A stretch of 64,000 bases of DNA from Octopus sinensis (Eukaryota), in assembly GCF_006345805.1 (NCBI RefSeq), contig NC_042999.1, forward strand, positions 78,678,001 through 78,742,000, written 5' to 3'. The stretch's first letter is position 1; each line of letters begins with the position of its first letter. Below are positions 12,201 through 25,155 of this stretch, one piece after another. Position numbers and translations under genes: made by a program. The notes below the pieces were generated by a model. That model did no database searches and was not told the DNA's origin. It was given only the letters and a program-made list of their open reading frames with translations.

Positions 12201-13039
12201 ATACAGCCATAATTACGTGTTATTAATTAGTCGCCGGGCGGTTATGGTTGAAGAAACCTACGATCAAGTGAAATATCCGTGAGAAGTACATCCGTTTACA
12301 GATATATATTAAGGACTACATTATTATGTGCCTTCTTTCGTTTCTAAGGCAAAAATGGCTGTTATATTCAGCATATTTAATTCCCACATAGAAGGTTTAT
12401 TATTTGCTCGTTGACGAAGGAATCGCGCTGTAGTGGAAGGGTTGTGTAAACATAATTCATATCATAAGATAAAATAGACCATAAAAATAACACAAATAAT
12501 TCAAGGCCTTTCAAATCACTACTATCTATGCACAATCACACTCGCAAACATACACAGACATACAAACTCTTTTTTCTCTTTTTTTTTCCGTCTGATACAC
12601 ACTCGCACAGACAAACATACACATCTGCACAGAAGAAAAATGAAATAAAAAAAAAGTCAGACCGCAAGAAGAAATGAATACATTTGGTTGAACTTCGTAC
12701 GATGATACGTATCCAGTAATGAATCGTAAACTGCGATGAACAATGATGGCGGTCGTACTCTCAACTCATTTACTTCTTTCACTTGTTGGCCTGTTTTAGT
12801 GCTTGATGATAAAATGCTTACGCACACTCCATTGCAAACACACACACGCGCGCGTGCACGCAGCCCCCACCCAAACACACACACACACACACATATATGT
12901 ATGTGACGCTGACCGATTTTATATGGTATGGCGAATTTTTGCAATTTCGTAATATACTGGTCTTTACCATTCAACCCGAACTAGTCGCATGCAATATATA
13001 CTGTAGATGTATTAAAAATACATACAATTATTATCCTTT

Positions 13040-13068
13040 TTCTTCTTCTTCTTCTTCTTCTTCTTCTT

Positions 13069-13099
<31 letters not shown>

Positions 13100-13297
13100 T
13101 TATTATTATTGTTATTATTATTGTCGGTTGATATACTAAAATTGGAGCGATGCGAAGATAATCACCACCACAGAACACCACGCCAACACACAACACTGAC
13201 ACCACCACCACCAACATCCCCACCACCACCACCACCACCACCACAAGCAACAGCTTTGTGTTCACCCTCCTCCGCTCCCCTCTCCTCCTCCTCCTCC

Positions 13298-13355
<58 letters not shown>

Positions 13356-13400
13356 CATCATCATTATTATTATTATCATTATTATTATTATTGCAATAAT
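13040..13400. repeat. (TTC)n, (ACC)n, (CCT)n and (ATT)n compound microsatellites
   Basis: Visible triplet arrays. Confidence 0.9.
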
Positions 13401-13630
13401 CTTGTTATTATAGCGTTGCTTTCAATGCACAGCCAAGCACAACTCTGTGTGACTCGGGTATGCGCAGTATTTATTGTTATTGTTACTCTCCTCTTTATCC
13501 TCATCCTCCATAATTATCATTATATTTTCAGCATGGATGAATCTTTTCGTTTGATATGGATCTTCTAAAGACGCTCTTAATGAATTATTTGATTCCTTAC
13601 GTTCCTCACCCCCTTCACTTCCCCACGCCC

Positions 13631-13712
<82 letters not shown>

Positions 13713-13897
13713 TTGTATGTATGCATGTATGCATGTATGTATGCATGTATGTTATGTATGTATGTATGTATGTATGTATGTATGTATGTATACGCAATTA
13801 TAAGCTAATATGCGCAAGAATGCAAATATGGGAACCGACATGTACGTACAGAATAAAATGAGTAGCCTTTATATAAATTTACATCATCAATAACAAT

Positions 13898-13939
<42 letters not shown>

Positions 13940-13946
13940 TATATTA

Positions 13947-13983
<37 letters not shown>

Positions 13984-13999
13984 ATTATTATTATATTTG

Positions 14000-14160
14000 C
14001 CCGTCGCTACGTTCTGAGTTCAAATTCCGCCGAGGTCGACTCTGCCTTTCCTCCTTTCGGAGTCGATAAAATAAGTACCAGCCAGTTGAAAACTGGGGTC
14101 GATGTAATCGACTCATACCCTACCCCAAAATTGCTATTCTTGCTGCAAAATTTTAAACTA
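14000..14160 (+). mobile_element. SINE family B (5'-truncated)
   Basis: ACGTTCTGAGTTCAAATTCCGCCGAGGTCGAC...GGAGTCGATAAAATAAGTACCAG. Confidence 0.8.
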
Positions 14161-14178
14161 TTATTATTATTGTTGTTG

Positions 14179-14241
<63 letters not shown>

Positions 14242-14538
14242 GTAGTAGTAGTAGTACTATGATGTTGTTATATTACTACATTGTATTGTGTTACTAAGAA
14301 CAGAAATATATCTCTGTCCAGTCGTTATTTAAGGTAACTCTATAAGCTACATCCTCGGTTGTCGTACATTAACAAAATTCACTCCCGCCATACATACATA
14401 CATACATACATACAACATACATACAACCTCATAAATTTATACATACTATGAATATAGTATGTATATATATATAAAGATATGTAATATATATATATACATA
14501 ATAGATACACACATACATAGATACATACATACACACCC

Positions 14539-14582
<44 letters not shown>

Positions 14583-14786
14583 TATATATATATATATCGC
14601 ACACACAAAGGCACACTCACACATATATGTAATGTAATATATTCGCACATACACATAACGCGCATATATATGGCAAATATTAATTTCGTATATCTACGTC
14701 TGCATATATACATGTATAAGTGTTATGTGCGTATATATATATATATATATAATATATATATACATGCATACTACATACATAAAACA

Positions 14787-14821
<35 letters not shown>

Positions 14822-15782
14822 TATACATATACATATATAATGATGCGTCCACCCTATATGTACGCGTGTGGCGGTATGTACAAATACGCATTCATACATT
14901 TATACGCACACATGCGTATGCAGCGATGCATATGCACAGACGCACACACACACACACAGATAAACAAACACACACACACACATACACACACATAAATGCA
15001 TACACACACGTATATATGTTAGTGTGTGTGTTATATATGGACGTTTGTTTGAGAAAGTGTATGAGTGTTTGCGTAAAATGTGTGTGAGTGTGTAAGCGTA
15101 TAGATGATTTGTCTCTGTCGACATTCCAAAGACGTACTTTCGCCACAACAACCAAAAGAAATTGTCCAAAGCAATCAGTTTTAAAAACAACTCTAGCACA
15201 TTCTTGTCTTGTAAAAACGTCAACCAAATACATTTGTACCTGGTTGACTAACGCAAGCTCCTCACCGAATCATAAAACACCCTCGCCTAACCTAGGCGTA
15301 CCGCTTTTCTTCATCGATGGTATTACCAACGAGACTCGCGAAACACAAGCGATAAACGCAATGTACTGAAAAAGGGGTTATAATAGGTGGTGGTTGTCGT
15401 GCTAATAATGGTGGTGACGTTTCGGTGGGGGTGGTGGTGGCTGCAAAGGCGGAGTCGTGTTAGAGATTATTTTTAAAGCTTATAGTCTGTTGTATTTTGT
15501 CTGCTGTTGGTGTTGCATTAATTAATGGAACATACAACAGATACATAGACATACAGATATATATACATAAAAATACATGTGTGCGTATATTTATATATGT
15601 ATATTCGCAATCTTGCCCTCTCTCTCTCACTTTCTCCCTCTCACTCTCTATCTATCTATTTGTCTGTCTATCTGTCTGTCTACCTATCAAAGCATTCGCA
15701 TACGCATGTATACAAGATTTTAGCTGTGTGTATGTAAGAATATGTGCATATATGTAGTTTGTATGGGTGCATATCTATCTAC

Positions 15783-15850
<68 letters not shown>

Positions 15851-15994
15851 ACATATATATATGCATATTTATGTATATATATGTATATATATATATTAAT
15901 AATATATATATATACATATATATATAACATATATATGTATATATGTATGTATATATATATACATACACATATATATACATATATATTATATATG

Positions 15995-16028
<34 letters not shown>

Positions 16029-16716
16029 TGTATGTAGTATATTTCATAGCTGTTAATCTATAATTTTGTGTGGAAATATATGCACACTAACATAAACGCA
16101 CACATGCACACACTCACAAATGAATACATACATCCCTATATGTGGGTGTATGTGAGTTCGCGTGTGTGTAAGTGAGTGTGCGTGTTATGTGTGTATGTGT
16201 GTGTGTGTGAGTGTGTATGCGAGGTACTAAAATTAATACAAACGATATGAGGTCTACATTATTTACATTAAAGTACACTTCTTGGTTTGGCGTCGTATGT
16301 CTTTAAGTTCAAATATCTTCAGTGAAGATTTTGTTATTCACGACTATCTAGGAAAAAAAGATTAAATTAGTAACCTTGTTGAAGATTTGAACAACTTATT
16401 ACCCTATTTATGCAAATTACGAGGACTTGCTTGCATAGGAATCAATGTTAAAATCTGTGGTGTTTTCGTGCAAATGTGTGTATGAGTGTGTATGTGTGTG
16501 TTTGCATAATGTGTATATGCGTGCGTGTGAGTGTGTATATGTAATATATATATGCGTGCGTGTGAGTGAGTGTGTGTTGGTATGTGTATGGGTTGATGTA
16601 CTTTTGCGGTACGCAAGAAGGAAAGTGTTTATTTTTATAAATGAAGCTTGTAATATGTAATCACCTCCCCTACACACATACATATACACTTATATATATG
16701 TGTACATATCTATATT

Positions 16717-16842
<126 letters not shown>

Positions 16843-16879
16843 TATATATATATGTATAATTTTATCATATTTATATATA

Positions 16880-16917
<38 letters not shown>

Positions 16918-17674
16918 AGGTTGAATTATATTTTATCCTTTACTTTGGAGGGTTCCAAAAAAAAGCAATTTCTAACAAAGGTTCTTCATATTTTGCTGTA
17001 AATGGTGTGTTATGAGAATTTATGGAAAGGTAACCCATAGAACTCAACAAATTTGTTAAAAAGGGAGAAGAGATGTTAAAATTTGAAAGTATTTTATTAC
17101 ATGCATTTGATCGTTTCAAACAGCGATATCAGCATGTAAATTCATGGTAGAATAATTAAATTAATTAAATTAAATTAATTACAAACTATTATTCTCCTCA
17201 GTGCAAGAAGTATAAACAAAAACATTATTATTACAGAAGACTTGAGGAATGAAATAGCACGGAACAAATTCCGATATACATATTTGTCGTTATGAAAATT
17301 GAGAGCATACTAAAGAATGTGAGTCTAGTTGTGTATAAACTAAAACTGAGGCAGCTAACGGTTTTTTGAAAATATGAGTGAAAAAGTTTTAAGAGACGTT
17401 CCCTCTATAGAAGAGTAAATAGAAAAACTCTCATAACACAGACTATATACATATATATAAATCGTCAATATTTCATACATCCGAAAACAGAAGCACACTC
17501 TAAAGCATTAGAGCAGTAATGTATATTTTGGGGAATTTAAAAGTTATGGCTGGTCATAGGGTGAACATTTGTTTCGCACCCATAGAGCTCTTAGCTGTAT
17601 AGACGACCCGTCAATCTCAAATGGTTCGTCTTCAGCCGTTTGTGTTGAACGATCGAGTCACCTATACTGCTAAG

Positions 17675-17800
17675 TGCTCCTTTCGGGGTCGATAAATTAA
17701 GTACCAGTTACGCACTGGGGTCGATATAATCGACTTAATCCGTTTGTCTGTCCTTGTTTGTCCTCTCTGTGTTTAGCCCCTTGTGGGTAGTAAAGAAATA
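17675..17800 (+). mobile_element. SINE family B variant with Tx1-like 3' tail
   Basis: B body TTTCGGGGTCGATAAATTAAGTACC followed by TTTGTCC...CCCCTTGTGGGTAGTAAAGAAATA. Confidence 0.75.
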
Positions 17801-17804
17801 GTTC

Positions 17805-17965
17805 TCCCGTTACTACGTTCTGCGTTCAAGTTCCGCCGAGGTCAATTTTGCCTTTCATCCCTTCGGAGTCGGTAAATTAAGTATCAGTTGAGTACTGGGG
17901 TGGATGTAGTCGACTAACTGATCCCCTACCAAATTTCAGGCCTTGTGCCGATAGCAGGAAAGATT
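17805..17965 (+). mobile_element. SINE family B (standard tail)
   Basis: CGTTCAAGTTCCGCCGAGGTC...AAATTTCAGGCCTTGTGCC. Confidence 0.8.
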
Positions 17966-18028
17966 ATTATGACATTTTATTGTAAACACTAAATTGAAAG
18001 CAAAAACGATAGAAAGTACAGCTATTAT

Positions 18029-18200
18029 AGGTGCAGGTGTGGTTGTGTGGTAAGTAGCGTGCTTACCAACGACATGGTTCCGGGTTCATTCCCACTGCGT
18101 GGCACCTTTGGCAAGTGTCTTCTACTATAGCCTCGGGACGACCAAAGCCTTTTGAGTGGATTTGGTAGACGGTAACTGAAAGAAGCCCGTCGTATATATG

Positions 18201-18242
<42 letters not shown>

Positions 18243-18430
18243 TGTGTGTGTGTATGTTTATGTGTCTCTGTCCCCTAACATCGTTTGACAACCGATGGCA
18301 GTGTGTTTACGTCCCCGTAACTTAGCGGTTCGGCAGAAGAGACCGATAGAATAAGTAGTAGGCTTCCAAAGAATAAGTCCTGGGGTCGACTTGCTGGCCG
18401 CAGTCAAATGACTGAAACAAGTAGAAGAGT
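18029..18430 (+). mobile_element. SINE family A with internal (TA)/(TG) microsatellite and CR1-like tail
   Basis: A-box TGGTTGTGTGG, B-box GGTTCATTCCC, body, tail GGCCGCAGTCAAATGACTGAAAC. Confidence 0.9.
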
Positions 18431-19011
18431 AAAATAGAGTAAAAGAGTATTATTAAAGTAAAACTAAAAGGTAGGAAAAAAACAAAAACAAGAATTAGTT
18501 CTTTTTTGAAAGAATAAAACACTTAGAGTTGAAACAATAATAATAAAAAAAAAACGGTGGCGAAAATTTAGTTATTCCGAAAATATTCTTCTTGGGTTAC
18601 GAGTGACTATTTTTGAGAAGATATAAATTAAAAATGAAACAAAGATGTATGCATTGCAAATACTCAGTCTAAATGGGGAAAGACTCATTATAAAACAAAT
18701 AAAACAATAAAGCATAAACACATACACACATGAACACATACATATATATATATAGTTTACATCTAGAATGAAGTAGATTAATTATTGCTGTATATATGTA
18801 TGTAGCTATCATCTACCTATATATAAATACTTTATGATTAAGGTTCAGCAAAGATTTGCTTTACCATATACCGAAGTTTAGAAATAGCAGCCCCAAAAAC
18901 CTTAGCTAGTTCTTCTACTTTTAAAAGGGACTCCCAGAAAAACCAAAATACTTGAAAACAATCCACGCAGGCAGAGAGGAAAAATAACGAAAATCAATCT
19001 ATATCTGGTCA

Positions 19012-19093
19012 CCCATGTACACGTTTCGGAATTAGATCGGTATAAAGAATATAGAAGTAGACTTTACCCAACCATTTTCTTCATCATCATGGG
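19012..19093 (-). ncRNA. Degenerate type I hammerhead-like motif with long stem II
   Basis: CCCAUG / AUGAUGA / long imperfect stem / GAAA CGUG UA / CAUGGG; perfect 6-bp stem I. Confidence 0.45.
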
Positions 19094-19799
19094 ACTCTAA
19101 CAATATTAAATACTAAAAATATTAAATTCGAAAGCACTGGAAGAATTGAACATATCTCTTCACCTAACGGTATCAGACAGATCATATTCAGTGTTAGTAC
19201 CGCCGAATTCAAAATACGAATGAGGTTCATCACCTTCCCCTGCCCATCCGCGTATGTCGTCAAGTAAAATACTACAAAAAAATCTGTAGTTTGTTATCAG
19301 GAAGAAAATTCTATTATCAATAATAACAAAGGGTAAAATTAATTAATTAAGAAGTAATCAATAATTTCACCAAGTAGAATTCAGCATGAATTATATATAT
19401 ATGGAAAAAATTCAAGGTAGAAAATGCTAAAATAATTTTATAAAAAACATTTAAGTACCGGTTTCAGTCATTGAATCTGGGAGATTCCGTGAGACACAGA
19501 ATGTGACAAGACTGGCCCTTTGAAATACAGGTACTACTCATTTTTGGTAGCTGAGTGGACTTAAGTAACGTGAAGTAAAGTGTCTTACTTAAGAAAGTTT
19601 CATGCATAATTTTCAGTCGAGTCACAGAGCTACATATTTAGCGAATAGAACAGATGAATGAAAATTATACGTAATTGACTCGCGTTGAAACCACTGAAAG
19701 TATTGCAGGGAAAATGGTAGAAAGAATAGAAAAATGTTGGCGTTTATTATGTTAATGAAATTTCAAATCCAATGGGACTAAATCTCATTACTATGACGA

Positions 19800-20470
19800 A
19801 TGTTTCTTTATCAGAACAGCTGGTAGAAAACTAAGATTGAAGAAATATGTATTACAAGCGACAGGATAAAGTGAAATAACTGCAATCAAAGCAAAATTTA
19901 TTCAAACAAGAAATCAAAAATAGATTTTAAAATTGTACTGCGATTCTTTTTTGTGTACTTCCAACGAAATGGATTGTAAAGGGTACTCTCCGGTAATGAT
20001 TATATCAGAAGTGTTAGGAATTCACTGAAAGCGACGGAATAAGAGTTCTCATAATTTTTGTTTGGTGGCATGAACAATGTTTAACTTGGTAAAAATTTAT
20101 TTGTCAAAGATAAAAAATTATTTAATTGGGCATAACAGGGATTGGCAATAGGGTGATAATAGTAGAGTAGTTGTGTTTATATTAATATTTAATGTCTTAT
20201 GGTTGATGTTAGTGTATTAATGATAGATTTTGCATTTGTGAATAACGATGTTTTATCCTAAACGAAAATAAAAAGAAAACAGGTAAATAGAGAATAGGAG
20301 ATCAAATATGAAAGAATGAAATGAGGTGTGCTGAATATGTTATCCAACACTTGAATGTTTAATGTAAAATGCAAGGTGAATATTTATGGAGATTTTTTAA
20401 AAGGGTAATTGAAGGTTAATTGTAAATGAATTGTCAATAGGTTAGATACTGTTTAACAATGGTCTGGTGA
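19800..20470 (-). mobile_element. Possible degraded Penelope GIY-YIG endonuclease/3' region
   Basis: Weak residual similarity (C..HQ.K-type C-terminus) and position upstream, in minus orientation, of the hammerhead-like motif at 19012. Confidence 0.3.
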
Positions 20471-20499
20471 GTTTGGAGGAAAATAAATATTAATATTGC

Positions 20500-20645
20500 T
20501 TTCAAATTTGGGCACGAAGACAGAAATTTCGGGGGAAAGGATAAGTCGATTACATTCACCCCAGTGTTCAATTGGTTCTTACTTTTATCGATCCCCGAAG
20601 GAATGGAAAGATAAAGTCAACCTCGGTGGAATTTGAAATCAGAAT
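20500..20645 (-). mobile_element. SINE family B fragment
   Basis: TTTTATCGATCCCCGAAGG...CCTCGGTGGAATTTGAA on + strand. Confidence 0.7.
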
Positions 20646-20716
20646 TTTGTAAACATTCCTCTCTGTAACCTCTTTCGTTCAAGTAATATATAATATAATA
20701 TATATATATATAATAT

Positions 20717-20771
<55 letters not shown>

Positions 20772-20796
20772 TATAATATATATATATTTATATATA

Positions 20797-21785
20797 TGTT
20801 ACATGAACGAAAGAAGTTGCAGAAGATGATTTGCAAAGTTCAAAAATGGTGATCTTAGTCTAAGAGAGAGTCCACGAATAGGACGCAGTGTTGAATTTGA
20901 TGATGAGTTTTTTTTGTCAGAGCTTGAGAAGTATAATGCAGTATCAGTTGGAGAATTGGCAAGCAAGCTCAATTCGAGCCATTCAACTGTCCACCGCCAT
21001 CTTCAACAGCTTGGAAAGGTGTCCATACTAGGAAAATGGTTACCCTGGTTTGACAAGTCAGCCGAAAATCACGAGTGGGCATCTGCTCATCTCTTCAATC
21101 ACGTGATCGTATCTCACCATTTTTGGATAGATTAGTGACTGGTAATGAAAATGGAATTTTTTTGAAAATGTTAAACGACGCAGGGGATGGTTTAGTTGTG
21201 TAGAACAGGCTAAACCAAAACCCCAAAAGGACCTCCATGCAAAAAAGGTTCGTCTTTCTGTTTTGTGGGATTGCATTGAAATCATCCACTTTCAGTTACT
21301 ACCAACCAATGCAACAATTACAGCTCACATCTATTGTCAAAAATTAGTGTTTGGATGCTGGTTTGAAGAGGAAAAGGCCTGCTTTGACGAATCATAAGAG
21401 AGTGGTATTTCATCAGGATAATGCAAGGCACTACACTGCAAATATTACACCAGGAAAAGTCGAGGAACTTGTCTGGGAAAAAATTCCCCAGGCGCCCTAC
21501 TCCCTGAATCTCGATTCTTCTACTTACTATTTGTTTTGAAGTTTACAGAATCATTTAGATGGATTAATAGCCAAAAGTTCCAATGGGGTCGAAACTGACC
21601 TCTCTTTCTTCTTATCAAAATCAAAAGAGTTTTTCATCAATGGAAATAAAAAGATGATGAGTAGATGGAAGGAAGTCATCGATAATAATAGAAATTATAT
21701 ACAGGGTTAATATTTAATCAAATGTAAAATTAGATCACTGATTTTCCTTATCCAAAATTCAGATATTTCTTATTCACGTCCAATA
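20797..21785 (+). mobile_element. Degraded mariner transposon, 5' end lost at a (TA)n tract
   Basis: Fragments GKWLP, LVTGNE, DLHAKK, VVFHQDNARHY, PYSLNLDSSTYYLF match mariner WVP, TGDE, HDNA and YSPDLAPSDY motifs; TIR-like end ...TTCACGTCCAATA. Confidence 0.85.
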
Positions 21786-21839
21786 AACTCTAAACCTAAA
21801 GGAATATTTATATGATTTCACTATCCGTATATCTACTAC

Positions 21840-22080
21840 CGACCGCTGTCGCCGCTGCTGCTGCCGCCGCCGCTTCCGCGGCTACCGCCGCCGCTTCCGC
21901 CGCTGCCGCCGCTTCGCCCCCGCCGCCCGCCCTGCCGCCGCTGCCGGCCGCTGCCGCCGCTGCAGCCGCTGGCCGCCGCTACCGCCGGCACCGCCGCGCC
22001 GCCGCTCCGTCGCTGACTCTCGCTGACGCCGCTGCCGCCGCTGCGGCCGCTGCCGCCGCTGCCGCCGCTGCCGCCCGCTG

Positions 22081-22113
<33 letters not shown>

Positions 22114-22740
22114 GCTGCCGCCGCTGCCGCCGCTGCCGCCGCTGTCGCGCCGCTGTCGCCGCTGCCGGCCGCTGCCGCCGCTGCCGCCGCTGCCGCCGCT
22201 ACCCGCCGCTGCCGCCGCTAACGCCGCTGCCGCCGCTAACGCCGCTGCCGCCGCTAACGCCGCTGCCGCGCCGCTGACGCCGCTGCCGCCGCTGCCGCCG
22301 CGCTGCCGTCGCTGACTCCGCTGACGGGCCCCCGCTGCCGCGCTGCCGCCGCTGCCGCCGCTGACGCCGCTGCCCCGCTGCCGCCGCTGCCGCCGCTGTC
22401 GCCGCTGTCGCCGCTGCCGCCGCTGCCCCGCCGCTGCCGCCGCTGCCGCCGCTACCGCCGCTGCCGCCGCTAACGCCGCTGCCGCCGCTAACGCCGCTGC
22501 CGCCGCTGACGCCGCTGCCGCCGCTGCCGCCGCTTCCGCCGCTGCCGCCGCCTCCGCCTCCGCTGCCGCCGCTGGCGCCGCTACTGCCGCTACCGCCGCT
22601 ACCGCCGCTACCGCCGCTACCGCCGCTACCGCCGCTGCCGCCGCTGCCCCGTGCCGCCGCTGCGCCGCCGCCTCCGCTGCCGCCGCTGCCGCCGCTTCCG
22701 CCGCTTCCGGCGCTGCCGCCCGCTGCCGCGCTGCCCGGTG
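21840..22740. repeat. ~900-bp GC-rich imperfect (GCC/GCT)n triplet tract
   Basis: Visible CCG/CTG/CTA-type triplets with phase slips; poly-Ala frames on both strands. Confidence 0.9.
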
Positions 22741-22789
22741 CCGGTTCTTTTTCATTTCGTGTTTCTCTCTTTTTCTTATATTGATTTCA

Positions 22790-23220
22790 AATTTTCGCAC
22801 AAGGCTAGCAATTTTGAGTTAGAGGTCAAGACGATGGATCTAGGATTCAATTGAAACTTATTTTATCGACCTCGAAAGGATGAAAGGCAAAGTCAACCTC
22901 GACGTAATTTGAACCCAGAACGTAAAGATGGACGGAATGCCGCGAAGCATTTTGCCCGGTGTGGTAACGATTCTGCCTAGTCGCCGCCTTATAATCATAA
23001 TAATAATCCTTTCTACTTAGGCACAAGGCCTGGGATTTTGGGGAGCGGATTAGTCGATTACATCAACACCAGTATTCAACTGGTACTTATTTTATCGAAC
23101 CCAAAAGGATGAAAGACAAAGTCGACGTCGGCGGAATTTGAACTCAGAACGTGCAAACGAGCGAAATGCTGCTAAACATTTTGTCCGCTGTGGTAACGAT
23201 TCTGCCAGTTCGCCGTCTTA
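22790..23220 (-). mobile_element. Two tandem SINE family B copies
   Basis: Both end ...GATTCTGCC..TCGCCG (near 22990 and 23218) on + strand. Confidence 0.85.
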
Positions 23221-23835
23221 TAATAATAAATAATAATACAAATATGTTCCGGTTCTCTTTTCATTTCTTGTTTCTTCTTTTTGTCTCTCATATTAAAACG
23301 CCGAAACGGAACGAATTTTCTTAACAAGTTGAAGATTCAACAGAAGTCAGCTAGTTATCAAGCATTACGAAAGCGATTTACATGTTTACGAGGCAATTAC
23401 AAGGTATATTATAATCGGCAATGTTTATTTATATTCGCCAACTATGACAATTATTATAGGGCCTTTATTGCTTCTAACTCTACACAACTCTGTGTCCTAA
23501 TGGCGAATGGATTGACTATAAACGACAATTATGAGCATACCATTGCGAAAGAAAAAAAGTTGGTAAAAATGAATGTATCATCCAACATATTGCATTCATC
23601 TTTTTTGTACTTCACATTTATTCTTTATTTCTCTTTATTTTCAGACAAATAACCATATACTCAAATGTTGGCCTACATACATACGTGTGTACATTCTTAC
23701 ATACATATATATATAATATATATATATTTATGTATGTATGTATGTATGTATGTATGTATGTATTATGTATGTATGTATGTATATATATACACATACATAC
23801 ATATGTATCACCGAAATTGCTAAGATGATCTGGTT

Positions 23836-23935
23836 NNNNNNNNNNNNNNNNNNNNNNNNNNNNNNNNNNNNNNNNNNNNNNNNNNNNNNNNNNNNNNNNN
23901 NNNNNNNNNNNNNNNNNNNNNNNNNNNNNNNNNNN
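23836..23935. other. Assembly gap (100 N)
   Basis: Run of n characters. Confidence 0.99.
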
Positions 23936-24100
23936 GGCCTGAAATTCTTGGGAAAGGGGCCAGTCGATTAGGTCGATCCCAGTACGCAACTGATACTTAA
24001 TTTATCGACCCTGAAAAGATGAAAGACAAAATCGACCTCGGCGGAATTTGAACTCAGAATGTAAAGACAGACGAAATATCGCTAAGCATTTCGCCCGCCT
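23936..24100 (-). mobile_element. SINE family B
   Basis: GGCCTGAAATT...TTTATCGACCCTGAAAAG...GGCGGAATTTGAACTCAG. Confidence 0.85.
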
Positions 24101-24769
24101 TAGATAATGATAATAATAAATGTTGATGATGGGCATGATGATGATGATGATGATGTTGTTGTGGTGGTGATAATTATAATGATAATGATGATGATGATAA
24201 TGATGGTGATGATGATGATGACGGTGATGATGATGGTGATGATGAAGATGGTGATGATAATGATGGTGATGATGATGACGATGACGATGGTGATGATGAA
24301 TTGTCTGTCATTTAATATTAAATTTGATCCTTTGTCTGATGTAAAACTGTCTCAAGGTTTCTTTTAATGTGCGTGCTTTTGGGTTTGATGTGGTGGTGTG
24401 AGGGTGTGGCGATGAGGACTGGTTCATCAAGTGTAACAAAAGAGAAGGCGAGATATCTGCCTGTACGGTTTCAATGACAGCCGAATATAACCACTCTCGT
24501 TTTAAGAGCTGCATCTCGTACAACTAACAGAAGCTGCATAATAAATAATAAGGTTAATCTAACTTTAGTTATCCTCCAATTAAAATTCTTACTAAAACAT
24601 TGATTTCCTACATAGACATATAGCGTGGAATACATATTGGTACTCTCACTTGATTAGGTTCGTATTCGGTAGACATTTGGTTCGATTCATGGAGGTGCCC
24701 ACTTATTTTCCCGTTCTAAAGGGTATTTTTAACCGGAAATATTAGGAGCTAATATTTATAGTTTCAGCA

Positions 24770-25103
24770 AGGTAGCGAGCTGGCAGAATCGTTAGCACGC
24801 CGGACAAAATGCTTAGTGGCATTTTGCCCGTCTTTACGTTCTTTGTTCAAATTCCACCGTGGTCGACTTTGCCATTCATCTTTTCCAGGTCGATTAAATA
24901 AGTGCCAGCTGATCAATAGGGTCGCGTGCCAAAATTTGAAATCATTAGGAGTGGCTGTGTGGTAAGTAGCTTGCTTACCAACCACATGGTTCTGGGTTCA
25001 GTCCCACTGCATGGCACCTTGGGCAAGTGTCTTCTACTATAGTCACGAGCCGACCAAAGCCTTGTGAGTAGATTTGGTAGATGAAAACTGAAAGAAGCCC
25101 GTC

Positions 25104-25155
<52 letters not shown>

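Noticed and set aside
12657-12800. Complex sequence read as QQVKEVNELRVRPPS... on the minus strand
   Set aside because: No convincing splice sites or recognisable homology
15240-15364. Minus-strand acceptor CCCCTTTTTCAG with downstream donor-like sites
   Set aside because: All three frames hit stops early; could be non-coding but is unsupported
17560-17640. Minus-strand CUGAAGA...GAAAC hammerhead-like cores
   Set aside because: Stem I and the base of stem II do not pair; at best a heavily decayed relic
21812-22854. Poly-Ala/Arg/Gly ORFs of 167 and 273 aa as real proteins
   Set aside because: Pure triplet-repeat translation with phase slips, flanked by mariner and SINE debris
23618-23989. 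ORFs spanning the N run
   Set aside because: Artefacts of the assembly gap
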